DNA of 63,768 bases, filler included, from Perkinsus chesapeaki ATCC PRA-425 (GCA_013115145.1; 10 parts of 10 records of this genome joined end to end with filler, not necessarily neighbours in it), one strand, 5' to 3'; shown: positions 11,763-24,216, counted from the first letter of the whole stretch. The notes: generated from the sequence alone by a model not told the origin. Numbers and translations are program-made.

Positions 11763-13043
11763 CCCAGTAAAGACATTTCAATGAGCTTCCTCACAGACTA
11801 CACGAATCCAACCATGCCCTTGACTGGCTTCACTCTGGACATGACTTTTCAAAACCTCTTCCCAGCAGTCGGTGGTATTAGCAGTATTCATTTTAAACCA
11901 TCTCACGACTCGTGAGATGGTTTAAAATGAATACTCGTGAGTCACGATATCACTTTCTATAGTGATGATGAGAAGCCTAATACATGTTACTACACTGGTG
12001 TGATAGATAGAGAAGGTAAGGTTAAAGTTATATTGGTGGATCCATATGAAATGGAAGATAATCGTTGTAAAGAACTCACCGCCTCATACGGAGATAACTT
12101 CCTCAATAATGGAGTTACACTCGATATGAAATCGAAGACGGCCATAATCACCGATGATGAAGGTCATCAGGACAGTTATGATATGAGTCATACCGGGTCT
12201 GGTCCCGAACCAGGCTATTGCGTGGGAATCAATGACAATGGCAGATTAGAATGCACTTTAAGATGTACTATGGGCATTGTAATCGAGATATCTTTGCATC
12301 TCAACGGTAAAGTCGATATATTCAATGACCGCCAAGAGCGTGTTCGATGCGATTACATCGTTAAAGACAAGACTGATGTTAAGCTGACCTGTCCAACAAT
12401 CCGAAATACGTTCGGTATTTTAGCAAAGACTCAATTCGTGGATACAAGAGGGCCTCTTGAGATGTTGACTGCGATTACGGACTCACGTGACCATGAGCAA
12501 TGGTTCATATACAAGCAAATTAAATGGGAAAAGGCATTCTTCGATTACAACTTGGAAAGAGTCCACCAAAAGGTGGCCTTAGATGCAATCTTCAGTAGTT
12601 CAAATAAGAATAGTGAAAGGAGGATTGCAACTGTAAAGATGGATACAGATCGTGGTATCGAAATTGTTGGGGACAGGAGGAAGTGTAAATGTCAATACAA
12701 AGCCATCTTCGATAGTGAAAGCGGGGCGATCAATATTGATCTAAAAAGCGCCATTAGCCCAGATTGTCAGACGATTCTACGTGGTAGTACTTCAGGCAGC
12801 ACTATTAGTCTGGCTAAGCCCCAGGTAAGCGAGGCCCGGAGTGGTTTGGGCACCCTCGGTAAACAAATGAAAGGTGCTTTCCAAAGTACTCTAAGCCTCG
12901 CGAGGGACTTCAAGGTTACAAGGAAGTCAGTCATGGTGATCACTAATAGAGCCCTCAAAAGACTGATGACTTACTTCGATGACGGGAATGCCGAAGTGCT
13001 CGAATCAACGGGCAAGAATAGTAAAGCTTTCATTAAAGAGTGA
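11763..13043 (+). pseudogene. Paralog B of the 6719 family, 5'-truncated, with a 39-nt fold-back insertion
   Basis: Homology starts at PSKDI (11763). The insertion at 11909-11947 adds in-frame TGA stops. ORF 11937..13043 is intact downstream. Could be functional from ATG 11781 if 11912-11941 is spliced. Confidence 0.7.
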
Positions 13044-13536
13044 TTTTTCTTGATAAGATGTGATAATATTTATCAATAACGTTTTATCTGCCCTGTTGAC
13101 CGTGGTGACTCATTAAAGCTTATTTTATTATTCATGTGGTTGATGATGTTTTGTTATGTTGTCTTCCGCCGGTTATGTCTTTGCGTTTAAGTGTCAGCAT
13201 GGCTTTTCTGGTGGTTGAGTTGCTCCCTTCAACAACCCACTTTATAGCCTGTCATCGACTGCCTCTCATTCGAACATATACACCTTATAACCCGAATAAT
13301 ACTGGAAGGGTGCTTATTAAGGATTTGTTAAGGGGCTTAAGGTTGAGATGTAGGAGAGCTACACTGGTGGAAGAGAATATAAAGGGGATCATTGAGGGGC
13401 ATGAAGTCCCTTCATGGGTGAATAAAATGTATGTTGCGCGTCATAAGTTTAATGTCTACTTGCTTTAATATCCTTTTTTACTATTGAACACAAAGCCGGT
13501 GATGTAAAAAGTGAGAAGTTAGTAAAATGAATACCC

Positions 13537-16193
13537 TCAAAGCTCATCATCCCGAGTCCCTTCTTGTACAACTGTAGCATCACCAGTGATGAGCACGCAA
13601 GCTCCCTGAGATTGATGATGGTGATGATGATCGTCAAGACTTGCTGTTGTTGACAAGATACAGAAGCAGCACTGGTTTACCTCCTTGCCATCTCCTACAG
13701 AATTCATCATAAATCCGCATATCTTGGCAGCAGCTTTGTCGGCTACTTCAACGTCTTTGAAGGATAATCTGAAAGCAACAGGAATGCAACTGACCGGCGG
13801 CGTGAAGTAAAAACATGCTAAAGTTTTTTCTACTAGCTTTCGCTAAATGGCACTTTCATAGAAGCGCTGAAAAGTACGTAATTGTGATGATGATCATGAC
13901 AATATAATATCATCACGACGCTGGCTCAAGAATACATACCGCGACGACTACAATAGGACTTTTATGAGGTTAGAAGAGACGGGCTAACCTGAGTTGTGGG
14001 ATATCCTTCTCTTTAATCTCTCGCGTGTCGATCAAGCCTGATGAAGCTGATTCTGCTGGACATTCCAATCGACTTCTCACTTAATTTCTTTCCATCATTA
14101 TCGCACCACCACAAGGAGTATCCATTCGCCTCATCCCTCCTCTCCTCCTCCCTATCAGCCCTATCAATCGCGATAACCCCGGTGAACCGTCGAGTATTCT
14201 CTTCAAGGCCCCCCTTGATGATTGATATCCCTCGCGGTAGCCCAGAGGGACGGGATCGGTCGTGAATCGGCCATATTGCGCAGGCGGTGGTCAACTCCCC
14301 TTTAGATGGATGCTCACCTAAAGCCGCAGCAGAAGGATGATGATGATGATGAGGAGGAGGAGGAGACCGTCAGCATCTCCAATAAGATAACGTATTTCTG
14401 CATCAATCGATCTCACACTTTGTATAGCACTATTAATTCATTCTCCTTCGCCCAATCATCTGCCGATCAGAAAGGTCAGAAAACGGCGTAGAAATGTCGG
14501 CGGTGAGGATCGAACCCACGTTCCCACTCACCGTCGTCCTGATCATGCATGCTAAATGCTAGGATGCTTTCTGCACCCTTTTTTATAGCCATCGATTTGC
14601 CAAGGTCATACTGTGCCCCTATCGGCCCTTTTGCTCGGGCACGGCCGATTCTGCTGCTGTCGGGCAGGGCCTCGCAACTGGTGGAACTTCTCCCCCAATA
14701 AAGAGTGTAAAAATCCACAGACGGCTGGGAATCTGCCGAGTGTGCCGGGAGGATCTTCATAACACCGCCAAGCTCATCGACTTCAGGCGAAGTATCCTCT
14801 AGCTCGAGACCCTAAGATACAAAATAGGTCAAGTTGAACGCAACTAGCTTTAATGACCTGTGGCGGGTATCCAGGAACAGCCCAATCTTCGATGGACACC
14901 GTGGCAAAGTGTACATTATCAGACTCGCCAAAAGCGTCATTGGCCGGGACGGCGGTGATCTTGCTGGCTTCCTCGGGAATTCTGATTCCTTCAGGGAGAG
15001 TCTCTAACAGTCTCGTGGCTCGCATTTTAGGATTCGGAATTTTAAATATCGGATGCTGGCTTAGTTTGGTGTTATTTTTATCCAAAAAGTAAACGGCGAA
15101 AAACTCGGCATCACCAAATACTGCGGTGGAGTTTACCTGAGTGTGGTGGTATCTTAGGTTGACACGTGGAAGATACGCGGAAGGTTAGATAGATACCTCA
15201 ATGGTCCCACTTATAAATCCCTTTCTCGGGTCAACATCTGTGAAGTTAATCTGCGAGACTTCTTCTTGTGGCTTGCCGTGACATCTTCCATCAGGTCCAG
15301 TAAAAAGCTTCCCTAAATCCCTTTGCCAGGATTCGAACCCACGACCTTCTGCTTACCAGAACAATCGTCTGCGCAACTGTCCACACATTTGTCATCTCCA
15401 ACGCAATACGCCTTCTTTTGTAGGCGACAAGTGACTAGACTGTAATGTGGTGTTGGTAGGCCAGCCAAACTCTCCTCATGTAGCTCAGCAAAGTCCATCC
15501 AATAATGCATATTAGTAACCTTCCGGTCCTTCGAGACCAGCAGACGGGGCCATTTACCTGACAAAAGAAGAAGAAGACGATGAGAAGACGGCCGTTCGAA
15601 CGGCGGATGAGCACTTCGCCTGTTGGCTTTCACGAGAGTTGCGGAAAGTTTTCCAACTGAAGCCATCGCCCAGCGGCTGGCAGAAGGGTCGACGTTGTCA
15701 AAAAAACTCAGATGAAGGGTGTACTTGTGTTTTTTACCTGATAATCTTGAGGTTGAGCATGCATGATACAATATAGCTCACCTGAATGTTCTCCAACCGC
15801 CGTAACATGTATGTCATTTTCCGTTATATTAACCTCCGGATTTCGAATGTCGAGTGCTCCAGGTGCATTCCATCGACGTGTGAATTTAACATTTATAAAA
15901 ATAGCAGTATCGTTTTGCGCCCACTGGAATGCCGGCGCCACTTTCTGTGGTTTGAAGTAGTTTTGGTCGAGACTCCGGACTAGCTCGTCTGCTTTAGCTT
16001 TGATTTCTCTGGTCGCCTTTCGGACCGACGGCCCGTAAAAATCGACTCGTCCTTGTTGTGATTGTTGCTCGTGATCCAGTTTAATTGCAGCTAAAGCCGC
16101 TGACCACCTGAAAGGATTTTGGCGGGAAAGTCGGTATGAGAATATTGTTAGCAATATAGTAAAGCATATTATTATTCCCAATAATATATCCAA
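13537..16193 (-). CDS. Membrane-anchored CS (p23/HSP20-like) domain protein with Cys-rich linker and repeated beta-sandwich-like domains
   Basis: N-terminal hydrophobic helix. CS-domain motifs PAFQWAQND, YTLHLSFFDNVDP, WPRLL and NMHYWMD. Introns 15313-15356 and 14460-14531 keep the frame. Repeated motifs FTDVDPRKGFISG..YTLYWG and FTGVIAI..YSLWW. Confidence 0.65.
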
Positions 16194-16271
16194 CCGCGAG
16201 ACGGCGAACTATTCATCTTAATCAAAAAATGCATCCGAATAGCACATGTGTCCTGGGGCACCCTGTCAGCA

Positions 16272-17742
16272 TTACCATTGTTTTTTAATCAACTCCTCCA
16301 TCTGATCACCATTGATCACATCCCGTATCGATCGACCAGTCTTCCCCGCTTCCTCTATCTCACCAAGCATTGCTGCCTCATCCGTCAAAGCTGCTGCTGC
16401 TGCTGCCAGCAGTGGGCAGAGCAAAAGCACGAGTTGCCCAATCGGTGGCATAAAACAGGAAAACTCGCCATTGGCTCCATTAAGACTGCTAATAACGCAA
16501 CAATCGGGGAAGTCGTGAAACGGCGACAGTGGAAGTATACAATAGTTAATCTGCGGGGTGGGGGACGCTCACCGATGATGCGTCCACTTCGATGATGCCT
16601 TCTGAGACGCAAACACGCTTGCCCATGACCCCTTCGCGGAGGTAGGGCTGGGAGACCGCCTACTCTCGCGAGCATCAGGAGGCTCTGCCATGCAGAGACC
16701 TGAACGAGAAATACCTTAGGTCGAAGCATGCAAGATTCAAAACAGGCCTTACTCCTCTGGATTTGAGGATCAATTCTACCATACGATAATCCTGGCCAAT
16801 CACCCTCCCCAAGAGCTTTCCATTCCCTCTCCGTCGGTCGCCGAATAACAACATCATCGTCCTGCTTCGCTCCGCTGAGTTTTTCCGCATTTCTAGCATC
16901 AGTAAACTCGACTGCAGCTGCTCCCCCAAATTCTCCTGTATCAAAGTCGCCCACAATCATCCTTATACTCCTCGTTGGCCCTGCCATCGCATGTAAACGT
17001 GAACGCAGGGAGCCTTCGGTCGTCGAGGCAGGCAGGTTAGTTATCACTCTCACTCTGGTGATGTTATGATCATGGAGATCTCCAAGGGCAGTCGGGACAC
17101 CAACGAAGATTGGTCGATCTGGCGGTGGCAAACAGGAAGCTATCAACTGCTATGCAAGTATCCACAGAAGCAGAATCAATAAGCGCGTCAAGGGGTAAAT
17201 GGGGGAAGATTGCCCCTTTTTTACAAGAACAGGAAGGACTAATGCACGTGGTGAAGGAGCGTAGGGAGCCTTACTGAGGAGGAGGCTACGCCCACTTCTT
17301 CATCCTCATCACCATGATCCGTCGCTCCGTATGGCAAATCGGCAACAGGAAAACCGCGAAGCTCCATCTTGACCAACTTACTAATGATGATCTCCTCCTC
17401 AGCTTCTCCCGATTCTGTAATAAAATCATCCCTTCTTTTTCGACGGCCAGATTGCGGAGTTGACGCTATAACACTGGGAGTGACAATTTTGCTAAGTACA
17501 AAGACCTCGTGGAAGAGAGGATCGAAAACAGACAATAATGGCTTCTCCGGCATTCCCTGAATAAGTCGATTAAAAGCCCCCCCCGCCTGGTGACGGCAAG
17601 ACAGTACCTCCTTCAACCCTGAGCTCTCATCAGTATTATTACTGTCATCATCGGCAGCAGCAGCAGCATCTGGGGTGAGATCCGCATAAAGATCATCCAT
17701 ATATCCATCAAAGCTACATCCCATATATGAATTTAATAACAC
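16272..17742 (-). CDS. RRM-domain RNA-binding protein, multi-exon
   Basis: ITNLPASTTEGSL (RNP2-like) and GEFGGAAAVEF (RNP1-like). The last exon reads open to TAA at 16272. The 5' boundary is uncertain. Confidence 0.65.
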
Positions 17743-18013
17743 AATAGTAAATAAAGAGGACCAGCAAATGTAATAGGGCCTTCATCTAGACACTGTACAA
17801 ACGGGAACCAACGCCTCCGCCTCCGACACCAGTAATAGGCCCTCCTCTCAGCAGCCGCCGCAGGAGCCTTTAGTAGGTAACAATGGTTAGGAATACTCTT
17901 CTGTTAGATATATAAAAGGACAAGGAGGAGGAGGAGGATGAATATATTAAGAAAATTGCTTGAAGTTTGATAGGATACGATAAATGCGATGAAGCTGCCA
18001 ATAGCTCTTGTTG

Positions 18014-19024
18014 TTAGTCTGATAATGAACGAACAAGCTTTGGTCTCCGTGCCCACATATGAAGGACACTTGAAGCTTGACACTGTTCGACCATTCGCAT
18101 TGCATCCATTCTAACATCATTAACTCGCACTATAATATCGCCTTTCTGTAGCTTTTGGCCTGGAGGAGCCTTCCTATTCCAGAGATCTACCGAACCTTCG
18201 GGAGTAACTCTGTCAACTACTAACCAACGAGGATCGCTGTGATCAACATCAATGCCCAAACGGACGCCAGGGATCCTCTGAAAAAGTACATCTCATTACA
18301 TTAACCTATTGTGTATCTTGTAAGGTTGAAGCTAAGATATTACCTGAATATCTATCTTGAAGCAATTAGATTCTATATCTTCATCCGATACCCCAACCCT
18401 CTCATCAGCAACATCATCAGCGCTATCATCTTCGAAGCTGCTGTTTTCATCTTCGCTTGTCTGAGATATTAACTCTTTATTGACAAGATCATTACCAACG
18501 AGAATCGCGGCATGATAAACTCTAAAGGCCATATTAAATACAACAGTGACAATATGGAATAGCCTAGCGACCAGTGAAGGGGAGGACGACTGCACATTAA
18601 CGAACCCCTCCAAGATAATATATCCCTCCCATTTTACTACATTAACAACTGCCTTGGCTGCTACTACTGACGGTGATGATGTCTCTTCGAAGTGACCTAG
18701 AAAATATCTTTCGAAACGGAAGATATTTCATAGGTTACCTTGGTGACCTTCTTCCTCTTCCTTGGGATGATCTATTGGTGATGCTGTTGTCGGAGTTGTG
18801 GTGATTGGCTGTTGTTGTTGGGTTAACTTGGGTGTAGCTTCTTGCGTATCATCGACCTTATCAACGGTAACCTCATTTAACCAGTCAGCTGAGTCTGGTC
18901 GCCGACAACATTGATCGAACATGTTGGTGCTGAAGGTCTCTATCCTTGAGACTGCTGAGCTCGACTCTATTGAAGCGAGCGTATTTCCCATTAAAAGAAG
19001 ATAAGTAGAATATGCGCTGATCAC
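18014..19024 (-). CDS. PDZ-domain protein, multi-exon
   Basis: GIDVDHSDPRWLVVDRVTPEGSVDLWN..LQKGDIIVRVND is a PDZ pattern. Acidic and Q/T-rich upstream exons. May continue below 18014. Confidence 0.65.
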
Positions 19025-19185
19025 TACCTACTGTGTACCATGCATGCTTTCACCTAAGATATCCCTCCAAGTGGAACCACTTTCCAGCGTAGTGCACGAA
19101 TTTGAAGGATTCGCCTAAATGCACGAAAATTTTTCTACCGATCCCTGTTGCTTTTCGGACTTCTATGAACCCTTACCCTTTAAAG

Positions 19186-19584
19186 ATGTTATTATCAACA
19201 ATTATTATAACTACCATTATCGGTAGCATTACCAAAGCCGTTGATCGTCTCCCTAATGGTAACTACTACGGTGAGCCAGGTATCGCCTTGGTTAATATCC
19301 ATATGTTTATCTATCCTAACGTTAATGACGTTGGTAAAGGCTCAATGGTAATGACTGGCCTGCCCTTTGATCAACATAATGTTGGTCTTTGGTTTGCTTC
19401 ATTACAATACACCTTTGAAAATGGTGGCATTCTTCCCGATATGGACAATGCCGATTTCGATCGAGCTATAAGTTGTCTACATCTGAATAAGGAGTACTGG
19501 AAATATCTATCGTTTGTTAACAACACTATTACTATAAGGTGGACCCAAGACAAGTACGTCAAGCTCACTCATCAGAGCCCCTAA
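19186..19584 (+). CDS. Small secreted hypothetical protein (PxGxYxG family), tandem copy 1
   Basis: Signal peptide MLLSTIIITTIIGSITKA, then LPNGNYYGEPG. Ends KLTHQSP. Confidence 0.75.
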   Translation: MLLSTIIITTIIGSITKAVDRLPNGNYYGEPGIALVNIHMFIYPNVNDVGKGSMVMTGLPFDQHNVGLWFASLQYTFENGGILPDMDNADFDRAISCLHLNKEYWKYLSFVNNTITIRWTQDKYVKLTHQSP

Positions 19585-19646
19585 CATATCCGAGGTCTGC
19601 ACGCATGCACACGATCGTCTGCGTGCAGTTTGATTTGTTGTCAGCC

Positions 19647-20060
19647 ATGATGAAGCTCTTTATTATTTTTATTAAATATCTTCTACCTTTTACCGCGGTG
19701 GGTCTCGATCCCGAGGGTAACTACTATGGCGAAGGCTCTCGTATCATTAAGAATCTTCATATATTGTTCTATCCGCCTAAAGAATGGGTTCGGGGAGGAG
19801 CGGGTAACATATGTTTGATTGGTTTACCTACTGAGGGAGCTGAGGACCCCGTTGCTCTCTGGACTTTATATGGTATCAACTACCCTAAGAATGACAGCGT
19901 TTGGGTCGAGACTCTAGTGCCAGAATTTCAGCAATTTCTACGCCGTTTTAGTTTTAAAGAGGAAGACTGGGCGATTTTGAAGTTCGATACCTCCGGCAAC
20001 AAGCTACATGTGAAGATCGATGACGCTAATAACATGTCTTTGTCGTATCAGTCACCTTAG
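19647..20060 (+). CDS. Small secreted hypothetical protein (PxGxYxG family), tandem copy 2
   Basis: Signal peptide MMKLFIIFIKYLLPFTAVG, then DPEGNYYGEGS. Ends SLSYQSP. TTTGTTGTCAG acceptor-like site 2 nt before the ATG. Confidence 0.75.
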   Translation: MMKLFIIFIKYLLPFTAVGLDPEGNYYGEGSRIIKNLHILFYPPKEWVRGGAGNICLIGLPTEGAEDPVALWTLYGINYPKNDSVWVETLVPEFQQFLRRFSFKEEDWAILKFDTSGNKLHVKIDDANNMSLSYQSP

Positions 20061-20340
20061 TTCGGCCACTTATGCCTTTAACTCTTCTTCGTTATATTGT
20101 TGTGTTCCAATGAGGGGTATTGGTTATCGCTAAAGGCCTCTTGAGATTAACACCACCACCACGGTAGCCCATCCAGTATCACTTAACGCGGTCCTCGAAA
20201 GGTGCTCAAGGCAAATACAAAGACATCGATACGAGATAAGACCATACCAAGAATTATTATGTCACAATCAATGGTTAAGGAATCATAACGATCTGGCCAA
20301 GGTGAGGAAAATAACCTTTAAGACAACACGGATAAAACAG

Positions 20341-22049
20341 GTGCCCGATGAAGTGCTGGAGTCGTGGGGCGTGCCATTGAAGCTGATAAGAGCTATACGA
20401 GATCAAATACATGACATTGAAGTACACACAGTATTCAAATACTTAAAGGCGAAACCAAGAGTGACAGGTTACGGCGATTCGATCCGATTTCGTGGCGCGA
20501 TTGAGAATCCTCGGGGACGGTAGAAGTAAGAGGAGAATTGCGATGGAGAAGTTGAAAAAGCGACATAAGGAGAAGTGGGAAAAATTGGGACTCGCCGGGA
20601 TGGGAACATATGTTAGGTGGGCGGCTGTTACCATTGCGGAGGCCTACAAGAGGTATCTTATGTCGAAGCGCGGACATTTGCCGGCAGTCTATAGAGCTGA
20701 TGATGACGTGGGTGAATTTTGCGACCCTCCAGATTGTTATGATGATGACTCGGTTTTCTCATGGAGTATGATTAAAGGCCCGAAGCCACTACCAAGTGAG
20801 TTGATGACGCTCCCGGGGATTGAACTCGGGTGTCTGGATGTTGAAAGAGTCTTCTATAGCCAGCTCTGGAAGATATCTGTATCGAGTATATCTCCTTTCG
20901 TGATAGGTCATGGGTTGTATGGCTCAGCGCTTGCAAAATCCAACTGTTATTAAAATTTTTCGTTGGGAAATTCTGCAGAAAAAACATGTTCACATAGATG
21001 GTGTTGATCAAGACCAATAATCGTACTGGTTTTGTGATGATAGAGTATAGAGTCCTTGTTAAGATTGAGTGGGAAGTGAACTCACAGTGCACTGCAACAA
21101 TTTAACCGTAAAATCAATGAAAATGCAGTAATAAGAAATCGAAGGTAAATTTCCTTAGGTAATTCGCCTAGTGGTTGAGACCACTTGAAGTATCTTTGAA
21201 CTATATCGCAGCTGCCTTTAGCGAGCTTATTTCGTTGGCAACTCATCAAGATTCCTATATGTCTTGTCTTTAGCGCATCGGAGTAACGTTTCATCATCGG
21301 GGTCGTCATCAGCTGTAGCTCCCTACAGAGCAGCGAGGAGAACTATAACGATTGCAATCGGTCGATGGATCATAAGGTCAGTCATACATCGATAGAATTG
21401 ACGGATGAACTTTTAGGATGCTCAAACGCCGACGCAGGGCTGCTAACAACACTTCCCAGCTAGGGAAAGCTATCCAGAAGGTGAGATGCCGGTGCTGGGG
21501 TTCGAACCGGAGACCTCTAGATACTTGTGGAGAAGGATATGAAGGCCGAGCTCGGCGACCCTATTCGGGAATGGCTGATTGGTAAACAATGGCTTTCTAC
21601 TATTGAAGATCTGGGATTTGTTGAGGAGCGACATTGGCGTCAATGGAATGCTGAGCACAAGGTATCTTACTGCGCACGCGTGCAGTGCGACCTCGAGCAG
21701 ATACCATGGGGAATGGTACTGGCCTTAAAGGAGCTTTATTCAGCGAAATTGACAGAGAGAATGCTCAACAAACTCCCTGATGGTAATACTAATTTTCAAA
21801 CTACTTACATTTCATAGCTGCGCTGTAGGCTTGAAAGAGCGAGTCCTATCCAGCACTGCGTGGTTGAAGTTGATGCCGCCTCGCGGTAGTCTGGTGAGTT
21901 CTCGATATCAACTCAGACAACCCAAGACTCTTCAGGTATCATCCTGGCTTCGTGGGGTGGTACGATGGATGAACCCTGAGTCCTGGGCTGCCGTTGTGAT
22001 ACAGCGAGCAGTTCGTCCATGGCTGATGGCAAAGCGCATCTATATGTGA
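20341..22049 (+). CDS. Multi-exon hypothetical protein with SAM-like helical segments
   Basis: VPDEVLESWGVPLKLIRAIR and WLSTIEDL..IPWGMVLALKE resemble SAM helices 4-5. Intron 21481-21520 joins two open frames. Gene number and boundaries uncertain. Confidence 0.35.
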
Positions 22050-22910
22050 GCTCAACCATCATCACCGTCGGTATTTGACGAACAGGCCGTGCCCGTTTTC
22101 GGATACGAGATCAATCGCTGACAATTACGTGGCGTTCTTGGAGAAAGAGTCGGAGTACAAAGGAGGAAGATGGTGAGTTTTACCCGAGTCCTTCCTCCCG
22201 AGCGGTAGGGTGTCGAATACCTAAATTGGAACCCGCGACCCGCGAACCGTTCNNNNNNNNNNNNNNNNNNNNNNNNNNNNNNNNNNNNNNNNNNNNTTAA
22301 TTAATTAANNNNNNNNNNNNNNNNNNNNNNNNNNNNNNNNNNNNNNNNNNNNCCTACTCACTCATTCATTATGCCTGCATCCATCAACGAGTTGCGTCAA
22401 GAGAATGAACGGAACATCTTAACAGCGCAGAATTGTGTGAGTTGGTGTAATCTTGAGATCTTGCGTATCCTTGGAATCTCCTAACCTTCAATCCCCCCGT
22501 GGGCAGCGGCCTGTTTTGCACCTAATTGTAAAGAGTAACTAGTTATAGATGTGAGGCGCCGGCATTGTGGGATAGCTCCCTGGCATCCTCTATATTATTG
22601 ACTGTTGCGTTGAGTAGAGGTATCCCAATCGAGATTACTTCCCCGCCAGCGACGATAGCTCCGTACAGGGTAATGATACTCAGAGCCAAGCTGCGTTTTG
22701 GGAAGGCGATTAAATGAGTGGCTCGCCAAATGCTTGAGTCTAGTAAAGCGCAACAGTGGGCTGTAGCCTGATGATCTACACCCTGGCGAACAACTGAAGT
22801 TTCAATTGGATCTGGCAGACAAATGAACGGGCCTGCGGAAGTCTGTTGAGCGATAAAATACGTAACTTACATCCATTCTAATGAATTAGCTTTCTCTATT
22901 CGACAGTGGA

Positions 22911-24216
22911 TTGGTTAGTATTTCTCTTTACATTTTTCATCCTATCATCGAGGCACTTGTAAATAATGGTGATGCTTCTATCAAAGGTGGTGTTGGCGAT
23001 GATAATGCTGAGTGTACTGGGTTATGCTGCAGTAGGCGATTTGGTACGGTTATGGTAGCCTCAGGCTTCTTTCAGGAAGAATCCTCGGTCGCAGCGAAGC
23101 CTGTTAATGACAAGTCTGGTGAATTAGATGGGGGTATATTAGTATATAATGACCTTGCTCATAGGGATGTATTATGCCGATATATACAGAGTAATATTTG
23201 GGATATTGTATAGCAAAATAGTAAAGTGCATTTCGCGTCAAATTGGAATTATGTTTGTCATCAGCGTTTCGTTTATGCACTGGGACTCCACACCCATTGG
23301 AAGGCCTTGCTGCGAGGTTTTCGTAGGGTGCATTATTTCACAGGTTTAGTTTATTGTATAGCGGTGTTTTTGTTTCCCTCAGTCCCAGCCGATGCTCATC
23401 GTATTCGTGCCACTGCATCGGTGATCGGTCTTACTGGTAATCCCAATCTATTTGCTGGATTTGATGAGCAGAAATTACGTGATAAAATATACAAGGAAGC
23501 AGCCCCGACAAATCAAGGAGGATACCATATGATACACGAGACGTAATAATAGAATAGAGAAGAGACAGACTTTGGGATACTTTGTAAAGTTATTGATGCC
23601 ACTAGTATTCGGTATGGGTCCGGGTGGGGGGAGGGGGTTTCGTGAGAAATTATCAACTAACTGCTCATTAATAATGATAATTACAAATTTATGGAACTCG
23701 TTCGTCTTGAGAATGAGATCGTTCATATATAGGGTCGGTAGTGGTTTATATTTATATGTGATGTTATAATGGAATGTACAAGCGAGAAATATATCAAAAT
23801 GGATGTGTGTAATAGGATAGATTAGATCATGTTTGATGAAGTATAATGCCATACGAGGTGGCCATTTTATCCTTTTTCATCGTAATATGTGATCGTATTC
23901 GACAGTCATTTGAAGACGTGTCGGTTTTCATGTGCCTTTACACAATAGGCAATTTCATTTTCGGTATAGTGGGAAATTCTTCATGTGCATTACAAGAATT
24001 CGAGTTCTCATTTGTGTCAGGTATTTCGTTCCCAAGTCTTCCGATGGTCGCTTCTATCTCTGTGTAACGACCTTCGCCACACAAGGCACGGATTTCGTAA
24101 TAATTACCGGTGGGTGGGAATCGAACCTGCGCCCTATTGGTCTTGAGTTTAGGTTCTTACCGGAGTGGTCTCTAATGCCGCTGAATTTGGCGTGGAGCCA
24201 GTTATGCCGTTATTGA
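22911..24216 (+). CDS. Multi-exon hypothetical protein
   Basis: A series of open plus-strand segments separated by GT-AG stretches. No recognisable domain. Confidence 0.3.

Noticed and set aside
13921-13930. CTGGCTCAAG match to the 3' end of the Perkinsus spliced leader
   Set aside because: Only 10 nt, on the strand opposite the host gene and not before an ORF. Within chance expectation.
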